Made by a program: the position numbers and the translations under genes. The notes under the pieces were generated by a model that worked only from the letters and a program-made list of their open reading frames with translations, was not told where the DNA came from and searched no databases. A DNA stretch of 64,000 nucleotides from Mycoplasmatota bacterium. Lineage in GTDB: Bacteria; Bacillota_I; Bacilli_A; RF39; UBA660. Positions 28,386 to 35,275 of the stretch are shown here, in pieces (positions within the stretch are counted from its first letter, which is position 1; every line of letters starts with the position of its first letter). The stretch covers positions 94,253 through 158,252 of the forward strand of contig JALFKQ010000032.1 in assembly GCA_022774645.1 (NCBI GenBank), given 5' to 3'.

Positions 28386-30649
28386 TGATGAATGAGTTAG
28401 TGTTAGAAAAGTTATTAAATAGATATGGTATAGATGGTAAAACATTTGTTAAGAATAATCCTAAGGTTGTATCTAGATGTAAGTATGATGATGTAGTTTC
28501 TGCTTTGGATTTTTTAATAGATGAACTTTCTGTATCACCTAGAAATATTTTAAAAACTCCTAGTGTATTGTATTATGGTGTTAATAATTTAAGAGAAAAT
28601 TATAAATATTTAATTGATAATGGTTTTAAACCTTTTGAAATAATAAGAACTTTACATATATTAAATACTGATTCAAATGAATTAAAAAGAACTTTTGAAT
28701 ATTTAAGAGAAAACTATGGTATTAAGCTTGTTAAAAGAACAGCTTCGGTATTAAAAATATCTGTCGGAAGAATTAAAAAAGTTGAAGAGTTATTGGATGA
28801 TAAGTCATTAGTTTTATCAGCAGCTATTTCTAGTTTAAGTATAGATGAAATGAAAAAGACTATTGATTTATGTAATAAAAATGGAATACCTTTAAGAGGA
28901 ATAATATTTAGAAAAAAAGAAAATGAAATTCAAGATATTATTAATGTATGTAAAAAGTATGAAATAAAACCTGTAGGTACAGTATTTCAAAGAACTGCAG
29001 ATGAAGTAGAGAGAATAATATTTATGTGTAGAAAAAATGGGGTAAAACCAGAAGGAAACATATTTTTAAGATCTGCTGATTCTGTTAGTGAGGTTATAGA
29101 TGTATGTAAGAAACATGGAATTAAAATAACTGGCTCTGTGTTTCAAAGAGAAGCTTCTGAAATAGAAGAGATTAAATTATTATGTGATAAGTATGGTATA
29201 AAACCTAATGGTAATGTTTATAGAAGACCAGCTGTTGAAATAGAAGAAATAATTAATACTTGTTTAAAATATGGTATTAAACCAGTAGGTATTGCTTTTT
29301 ATAAAACAGCTGATGAAATAGAAAAAATAGTTTCTGTTTGTAAAAAATATAATATTAAAATGACTAAGAATGTTTTACTTAGAAAGGCTAGTGAACTTGA
29401 GGATATAGTTATTTATTGCCTTAATAATGGTATTAAACCTGAGGGTACGATATTTCAAAGAAAATTTGATGAAATAAAATCTATGAAACAAATTTGTGAT
29501 AAATATGGTATTAATGCTGGAGGAACTGTTTTCTTAAAGAAACCTCGTGATTTAGAACAAGTAATATTATTATGTAGAAAACTTGGTATAAAATGTGAAG
29601 GTGATATATTCTTAAGAACTAAAGATGAAATATCTTCAATAAAGTCTATTTGTGATAAGTATGGTGTTGTTGCGGACGGAATGGTATTTAGAAGAACTCC
29701 AGAAGAAGTAGAAGGTATTTTTGAATTATGTCAGGAAACAGGAATTAAACCAGAAGGAATGATATTTTTAAGAACTAAAGATGAAATAATTGATATTATT
29801 GAAGTTTGTAAAAAATATGGTATTAAAGCGGAAGGTTCAGTATTTTTAAAAACTGCTCCTGAACTTGAAAATATATTATTATTGTGTGCTAAATATAATT
29901 TAAAACCACAAGGAATGATATTTAAAAGAACTGAAGATGAGATTTTAGAATTATTGGATATATGTAGAGAAAATGGAATTAAACCAGAAGGAAACACTTT
30001 CAAATGTTCTCCAGATAAATTAAGAAGATTAATTTCTATAACTAGTGTGCATGGAATTAAATTAGAGGGAACTATATTTGATAAAACATGTGATGAAGTA
30101 ATAAAAATAAAAGAAATATGTGATAGATATGGAGTTGTTCCGTATGGAGTAGTATTTCAAAGGTCATCAGAAGATTTAGAAAATACAATTAAAGTATGTG
30201 AGAAATATGGTTTAAAGAAAGAAGGTTCCGTTTTTAGAAGAACTGCTCCTGAACTTGAAGAAACTTTGAGATTATGTAGAGAAAACAATATAGAAATTTC
30301 AGGTAGTATATTTAAAGTTAAACCTTCAAAGTTATCTAAAACAATTGATTATGTTAAAAGTAATTATGGAGAACAATATTTAACAAGTTTAATATTAAGT
30401 AAGAATATTGAACATCTTAAAGTGGTTTTACCTTATCTTGAAAAAGAGGGATTACTTCCTTATGTTATAAATAGTTCATCAATATTAGATTTAAGATTAG
30501 ATGAAATTATTGAAAGAAAAGAATATATAGAATCTATTGGTGAAGATTTAATAGTTAATGGTAAATTTAATATTATATTTGGTAAAACAAGAAGAAATTA
30601 TGAAAAGTTAAAAAATAATCAAAAACAATTAAAAATGAATATGGAGTAA
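28385..30649 (+). CDS. tandem-repeat protein, 19 x 26-aa units, mTERF-like flanking regions; function unknown
   Basis: The start overlaps the J-protein stop (TAATG). Residues 163-656 are 19 contiguous 26-aa units with consensus C-[KR]-K-Y-G-I-K-P-E-G-x-[IV]-F-x-R-T-x-x-E-[IV]-E-x-I-I-x-[VLI]. Confidence 0.8.
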   Translation: MMNELVLEKLLNRYGIDGKTFVKNNPKVVSRCKYDDVVSALDFLIDELSVSPRNILKTPSVLYYGVNNLRENYKYLIDNGFKPFEIIRTLHILNTDSNELKRTFEYLRENYGIKLVKRTASVLKISVGRIKKVEELLDDKSLVLSAAISSLSIDEMKKTIDLCNKNGIPLRGIIFRKKENEIQDIINVCKKYEIKPVGTVFQRTADEVERIIFMCRKNGVKPEGNIFLRSADSVSEVIDVCKKHGIKITGSVFQREASEIEEIKLLCDKYGIKPNGNVYRRPAVEIEEIINTCLKYGIKPVGIAFYKTADEIEKIVSVCKKYNIKMTKNVLLRKASELEDIVIYCLNNGIKPEGTIFQRKFDEIKSMKQICDKYGINAGGTVFLKKPRDLEQVILLCRKLGIKCEGDIFLRTKDEISSIKSICDKYGVVADGMVFRRTPEEVEGIFELCQETGIKPEGMIFLRTKDEIIDIIEVCKKYGIKAEGSVFLKTAPELENILLLCAKYNLKPQGMIFKRTEDEILELLDICRENGIKPEGNTFKCSPDKLRRLISITSVHGIKLEGTIFDKTCDEVIKIKEICDRYGVVPYGVVFQRSSEDLENTIKVCEKYGLKKEGSVFRRTAPELEETLRLCRENNIEISGSIFKVKPSKLSKTIDYVKSNYGEQYLTSLILSKNIEHLKVVLPYLEKEGLLPYVINSSSILDLRLDEIIERKEYIESIGEDLIVNGKFNIIFGKTRRNYEKLKNNQKQLKMNME
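28871..30352 (+). repeat. 19 in-frame tandem 78-bp coding repeats (diverged)
   Basis: Counted unit by unit from Cys163 (TGT 28871-73) to ...KTIDY (30352). 18 of the 19 units begin with Cys. Confidence 0.85.
30509..30638 (+). repeat. 130-bp segment identical to 32153-32282 (3' ends of the two repeat-protein genes)
   Basis: Base-by-base comparison of the two 3' ends. Flanking sequence is similar but diverged. Confidence 0.85.
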
Positions 30650-30652
30650 GTT

Positions 30653-32293
30653 ATGATTGATGTATTTGATTTAAGTGAGTTGTTGACTGAATATGGAGTT
30701 GATCCTAAAAGAGTATTAAAGAATAATCAAAAAATATTATCAAGAGGTGAATATTTTGGTATTAAAAATATGCTTGATTATTTAATAGGTGAACTTAATG
30801 TTTCAGCTAGAAATATTGAAAAGTGTCCAAGTATTTTATATTCTGATTTGTTTAGTGTTAAAGAAAATTATAACTTTTTAAAGAATTCTGTTATTAAAAA
30901 TAAAGATGTTGTTTCAACTCTTCATATGTTAGGAGTTGATCCTAATGAATTAAAGAAAACTTATGAATATGTTTTAAATAAATATGGTAAAAAGTGTTTA
31001 AGTAATATAACATCTATATTAAGGGTACCGGTTGAAAGAATTAAAGCGATAGAGAGTATGCTTGATGATGAGAGGTTAATAACATCTGCTGCTATATCAT
31101 CTTTAAGTATTAATGATATTGAAAAGGATATACTTATATGTAGAGAAAATGGTGTTAATATTGTTAGAAGTGTTTTCAAGTCATCTCCTAGAGATTTAGA
31201 AGATATAGTTATTACTTGTAAAAAATATGGTATTAAACCTGAAGGAACTATGTTTTTAAGAAATGCAAAAGAACTTGAGAAAATATTTGAAATATGTAAA
31301 GAAAATAGTATAGAACCAAAAGGTACGATATTTTTAAGAAGTCCTTTAGAAATTGAAAAGATTATTAATTTATGTAAAGAACATAATATTAAACCAAAAG
31401 GTAGTGTTTTTTCAAAAACTTCAGATGAAATTCAAAGAACTATTGATATTTGTAAAAAATATAATGTTAAATTAACAAGTACTGTTTTTTTAGGTAGTTC
31501 AAGTGAAGTAGAAAAAATAATCTTGTTATGTAGAAAATATGATATAGAGCCAGAAGGAGCAGTTTTTCAATCATCTGTTGGTAGTTTAGAAAAAGTAATT
31601 TATTTATGTAAAGAAAATAATATTGAACTTAAAGGTATTTTGACGCAGAGACCTATTGAAGATATAATTAGTGTTATTGATTTATGTAATAATAATGGAA
31701 TTAAGCCAGAAGGTAATATATTTAGAAGAACTAAAGAAGAAATATTAGATTTAATAGTTGTATGTAGAAAATATGGAATTAAGTTAAAAGGAACAGTATT
31801 TCAAAGAACAGCAAAAGAAGTAAAAGACATTGTTGAAATATGTAATCGATTTAATGTTTCACCAATAGATAGTATGTTTTGTAAGAAACCTAGTGAAGTG
31901 AAACAAATATTAGAAATATGTAAACAATATAATCTAAAAATTAGTGGAAGTATGTTTGTTATGAAATCTAAATCTATACTAGAATCAATTGATTATGTAA
32001 AAGATAATTATGGTATAGAATATGTTACAGATTTAATAATAAGTAAAAGAGTAAGTTATTTAAAAACAGTTCTTCCATATTTAAAAAGTGAGGGTTTACT
32101 TCCATATGTAATTAATAGTTCATCAATACTTAGTTTAAGATTAGAAGAAATAATTGAAAGAAAAGAATATATAGAATCTATTGGTGAAGATTTAATAGTT
32201 AATGGTAAATTTAATATTATATTTGGTAAAACAAGAAGAAATTATGAAAAGTTAAAAAATAATCAAAAACAATTAAAAATGAGTACGGAGTAA
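30653..32293 (+). CDS. tandem-repeat protein paralog, 11 x 26-aa units; function unknown
   Basis: Same architecture as the upstream gene: a 162-aa N-terminal region, 11 units (residues 163-448) and a 98-aa C-terminal region. GGAG RBS lies in the tail of the upstream gene. Confidence 0.8.
   Translation: MIDVFDLSELLTEYGVDPKRVLKNNQKILSRGEYFGIKNMLDYLIGELNVSARNIEKCPSILYSDLFSVKENYNFLKNSVIKNKDVVSTLHMLGVDPNELKKTYEYVLNKYGKKCLSNITSILRVPVERIKAIESMLDDERLITSAAISSLSINDIEKDILICRENGVNIVRSVFKSSPRDLEDIVITCKKYGIKPEGTMFLRNAKELEKIFEICKENSIEPKGTIFLRSPLEIEKIINLCKEHNIKPKGSVFSKTSDEIQRTIDICKKYNVKLTSTVFLGSSSEVEKIILLCRKYDIEPEGAVFQSSVGSLEKVIYLCKENNIELKGILTQRPIEDIISVIDLCNNNGIKPEGNIFRRTKEEILDLIVVCRKYGIKLKGTVFQRTAKEVKDIVEICNRFNVSPIDSMFCKKPSEVKQILEICKQYNLKISGSMFVMKSKSILESIDYVKDNYGIEYVTDLIISKRVSYLKTVLPYLKSEGLLPYVINSSSILSLRLEEIIERKEYIESIGEDLIVNGKFNIIFGKTRRNYEKLKNNQKQLKMSTE
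31139..31996 (+). repeat. 11 in-frame tandem 78-bp coding repeats (diverged)
   Basis: Runs from TGT 31139-41 (Cys163) through ...ESIDY. All 11 units begin with Cys. Confidence 0.85.
32153..32282 (+). repeat. 130-bp segment identical to 30509-30638
   Basis: Same comparison as for 30509-30638. Confidence 0.85.
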
Positions 32294-32296
32294 ACT

Positions 32297-32569
32297 ATGG
32301 ATATTGATTATGATAAAATAAAAGAAATATATGGAAATGATATACTTTCTGAAATAATATCTAATAAAGAAGATATAATTAAAAATTTATATTATTTTTA
32401 TCAACTTGGTTTTGAAGATGTAGAAGATATATTTGAAAGACAAGTTATGATATTTATTTGTTCTAATGATGAATTTATTAATAAAATAAATAATCTTATT
32501 AATAAAATAGGTAATAATTACATAGATGAAATAGAAAATAATATTGAACTTTTAGATGAATTAAATTAG
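32297..32569 (+). CDS. small acidic protein (90 aa), single mTERF-like motif; function unknown
   Basis: Translationally coupled (GGAG in the tail of the upstream gene, 3-nt gap). NLYYFYQLGFEDVEDIFERQVMIFICSNDEFINKINNLINKIG resembles the flanks of the repeat proteins. Confidence 0.65.
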   Translation: MDIDYDKIKEIYGNDILSEIISNKEDIIKNLYYFYQLGFEDVEDIFERQVMIFICSNDEFINKINNLINKIGNNYIDEIENNIELLDELN

Positions 32570-32591
32570 AAATACGAAAGTATTTCTTTTT
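32568..32591 (+). terminator. intrinsic terminator ending the J-domain/repeat operon
   Basis: AGAAATAC-gaaa-GTATTTCT followed by TTTT. Confidence 0.8.
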
Positions 32592-32619
32592 ATGTTATAA
32601 TATTTTTGAAGGAGTAAAT

Positions 32620-33306
32620 ATGAATCAAGAAAAGATTGGAAAATTTATTAGAGAACTTAGGAAAAATAATAATTTAACACAAGCAGACTTAGCTAATAAA
32701 TATAATGTTACTTATCAAGCTGTTAGCAAATGGGAAAATGGTAAGAATATTCCTGATATATCAATACTAAAACAAATGAGTAAAGATTTTAATATTGATA
32801 TAAATGATTTACTTGATGGAGAAGAAAATAAGAAAAAAGTAAAACCATATTATTTTATTATTGGTTTTGTTATAGTTTTATTTATAATTTTACTTATTAT
32901 AATATTTACTCATAATGAAGATTTTGAATTTAAAACATTAACTACTACTTGTGATGATTTTACTATTAAAGGAAGTATATCTTATAATAAAGATAAATCA
33001 TCTATATATGTATCTAATATTAAATATTGTGGTAAAGAAGATAAAGTTTTATATGACTCTATTAGTAGTACTTTATATGAAAGCCATAATAATATTATTA
33101 AGAAGATAGATGAATATAAGAGTGAAAGTAAGAAATTAATTACATTAGATGATTATTTAAGTGAATTAGAATTTGCAGTTGATAATTATGAATCTAGTTG
33201 TAAAACATTTAGTAGTAATGATTTATATATAGAAATATTAGCAAGTAAAGATGGTAAAACTATTACTTATAAAATACCTTTAACTCTTACTAGTTGTCCA
33301 AAGTAA
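32620..33306 (+). CDS. membrane-tethered XRE-family HTH regulator with extracytoplasmic C-terminal domain
   Basis: IGKFIRELRKNNNLTQADLANKYNVTYQAVSKWENGKNIP is an XRE HTH. A single TM follows (YYFIIGFVIVLFIILLIIIF), then an outer domain of about 125 aa containing Cys. Confidence 0.8.
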   Translation: MNQEKIGKFIRELRKNNNLTQADLANKYNVTYQAVSKWENGKNIPDISILKQMSKDFNIDINDLLDGEENKKKVKPYYFIIGFVIVLFIILLIIIFTHNEDFEFKTLTTTCDDFTIKGSISYNKDKSSIYVSNIKYCGKEDKVLYDSISSTLYESHNNIIKKIDEYKSESKKLITLDDYLSELEFAVDNYESSCKTFSSNDLYIEILASKDGKTITYKIPLTLTSCPK

Positions 33307-33332
33307 ACTTATATATGAAGTTTACTTTTTTT
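33301..33332 (+). terminator. intrinsic terminator
   Basis: AAGTAAACTT-atatatg-AAGTTTACTT followed by TTTTT. Confidence 0.8.
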
Positions 33333-33358
33333 ATGTTAAAATTAATATGGTGAGATAT

Positions 33359-35191
33359 ATGACAATTGAAGAGATAATAGAAAAGAATTTTAGTTCAAGT
33401 TTTTATGATAGTAATAATTTTGAAGATATATATAATTTTGTAGAAAGTTGTGAGTCTAAACTTACATTAAAAAAATTAGGTATTGAGACTAGTAACATTG
33501 TAAGTTATGTAAAAGGTGAAAAGACTCCCCAATATACTGTTAAATGTGAAAATGATACAGTTACTTATTTATATGATTTTGATAGATTTAAAGAAGGTTT
33601 AACATCACATATATCTAGAAATGTAAGTGAGCTTTCTTTACCAAGTACTTTTTTAAGAGATAATTTTGATTTTTTAAAAGAATTACCAAATTTAAAAAGC
33701 TTAAATATTAATAATTATGGTTCTTTGTCTTTAGAAGAACTTGATTTTCTTTCAGAACAAACAACAGTAAGTAATGTTGAAATGGGATTTTTTCCTTTAG
33801 ATGGTAAAAATAATCCAAAATATATTGGAATAGTAAAAGATGGAAAAACTTATGGTTTTTATGGAAATATTAAATTATCACAGAGTAAATTGCCATCTTT
33901 GAATCCTGATTTTGATTTACTTATGTCATCAAATGAATCTGAAAAGAGTAGAAATATTAAGGTAACAGCTGGTAAATTAACAATTCAGAGTCTTGAAAAG
34001 ATATTTGATTCTTTTGATGAAGATATGCAAACTTGTGATAGACTTGTTGAAGTAAATTGTGATAATGCTAAATATTCTTTTAATATTATTGATGGAATAG
34101 TTAATATTAATATTGAAGATAGTAATGTTGATATAGCAAATGATTTATATGATTTTTTTATAAAAAGAGGTTTAAAAGTAGAAAGTATTATTATGAATTT
34201 GTCTATTAATTATAAAGAACCATTTAATTATATAGATAGAGATTATTCTAAACTTGATAAACTTAATGAAAAAGTTTCACTTAGTGTGAGGGAAAAATAT
34301 ATGTCTATGTCTAATTGGGAAGATTTTAGAAGTCTTGTAGAATCAATGAAGTGGTATAGAAAAATTATTAATGATTATCCATTGTCTCCAGTAGAAAAAT
34401 TAGCTTTTGCCTATGATATATTAAAAACATTTAATTATAACGAGTCACCTGTTAACACTGATGAATCTAGAAATCCAACTAAAATAATAAAGACAGGTCA
34501 TATTGTTTGTGCTGGATATACAAATATGCTTGAAGAAATATTTAGAGAATTAGATTCTAATATTAATATAGGAGAATTTGGTGTCACCTGTTATGAAGAT
34601 GATGATAAAACATTACTTGGTTATCATAGTAGATCAATGGCTTATGTAGAAGATGAGAAGTATGGTATAAAAGGTCTTTATGCTTTGGATCCTACATGGG
34701 ATAGTGTAAAAAGCAAGGGAAATAAAGTTATTGATAAAGATTATACAGCTCTTGATTTATATAGATATTTTATGATTCCATTTAGTGATTATAAAACTGT
34801 GTTTGAACATGATTCTGATATTAGCTTTTTTAAAGGAGATTTATCATATTTAAATAAAGATGTAAGTGATAAATCTATAGATAGAGCAATTGTGACTGTT
34901 TCTAATTCTAGTGAATCTCCAAAAGATGGTACATTACCTCAAGAAATGAGAGATAAAGAAATATTTAATTATGATTTTCGTAATATGTTTGAAGGAAAAA
35001 GTGAAGTAGAAATGTTAAATATGTTTAAAGCTAAAAGAATTCCTAAAGAACAATTAATGGAAATTATAAAAAATGTTAGACAAGCAGAAGGTTATAGTAT
35101 GGATTTGGTTGATGCTGAAATGGAAAAAGTATCTAGAATATATGATAAATATAATACACCACTTGATCCATTAACTGGCAAGATGTTATAG
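33359..35191 (+). CDS. cytoplasmic protein with LRR-like segment and transglutaminase-like cysteine-protease core
   Basis: LPSTFLRDNFDFLKELPNLKSLNINNYGSLSLEELDFL is LRR-like. GHIVCAGYTNML ... GYHSRSMAYVED ... LYALDPTWD matches the Cys-His-Asp transglutaminase-like core pattern. No signal peptide. ATG 33359 follows GGTGAG. Confidence 0.6.
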   Translation: MTIEEIIEKNFSSSFYDSNNFEDIYNFVESCESKLTLKKLGIETSNIVSYVKGEKTPQYTVKCENDTVTYLYDFDRFKEGLTSHISRNVSELSLPSTFLRDNFDFLKELPNLKSLNINNYGSLSLEELDFLSEQTTVSNVEMGFFPLDGKNNPKYIGIVKDGKTYGFYGNIKLSQSKLPSLNPDFDLLMSSNESEKSRNIKVTAGKLTIQSLEKIFDSFDEDMQTCDRLVEVNCDNAKYSFNIIDGIVNINIEDSNVDIANDLYDFFIKRGLKVESIIMNLSINYKEPFNYIDRDYSKLDKLNEKVSLSVREKYMSMSNWEDFRSLVESMKWYRKIINDYPLSPVEKLAFAYDILKTFNYNESPVNTDESRNPTKIIKTGHIVCAGYTNMLEEIFRELDSNINIGEFGVTCYEDDDKTLLGYHSRSMAYVEDEKYGIKGLYALDPTWDSVKSKGNKVIDKDYTALDLYRYFMIPFSDYKTVFEHDSDISFFKGDLSYLNKDVSDKSIDRAIVTVSNSSESPKDGTLPQEMRDKEIFNYDFRNMFEGKSEVEMLNMFKAKRIPKEQLMEIIKNVRQAEGYSMDLVDAEMEKVSRIYDKYNTPLDPLTGKML

Positions 35192-35201
35192 CTATTTATT
35201 A

Positions 35202-35230
35202 TTGACAAACAACAGTTTGTAATATATATT
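35202..35230 (+). promoter_or_regulatory. candidate uvrB promoter
   Basis: TTGACA (35202-07), 17 nt of spacer, then TATATT (35225-30). Confidence 0.5.
35206..35219. promoter_or_regulatory. putative LexA/SOS operator (CAAACAACAGTTTG)
   Basis: 14-bp inverted repeat CAAAC-N4-GTTTG overlapping the -35 of uvrB. The same motif is found at recA. Confidence 0.55.
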
Positions 35231-35275
35231 GTATTTGTGGGAAAAATAGTAGTATAATATGTGAAGGGTGATATT

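Noticed and set aside
28149-28445. Track ORFs antisense to the J-domain and repeat genes (28149-28445, 29731-30003, 30961-31179)
   Set aside because: They are embedded antisense in long ORFs that have strong periodic protein-level conservation. They have no RBSs.
28871-31996. Regular 78-bp periodicity that could be mistaken for a CRISPR-like or satellite array
   Set aside because: The periodicity is entirely in-frame within two long ORFs. The units are diverged at the DNA level, there is no repeat-spacer alternation, and no cas genes are present. It is a protein-coding tandem repeat.
35253-35258. TATAAT at 35253-58 as the uvrB -10 element
   Set aside because: No acceptable -35 lies 16-19 nt upstream, and it would leave a leader of only about 10 nt. 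The TTGACA-17-TATATT pair at 35202-30 fits better, although a second promoter cannot be excluded.
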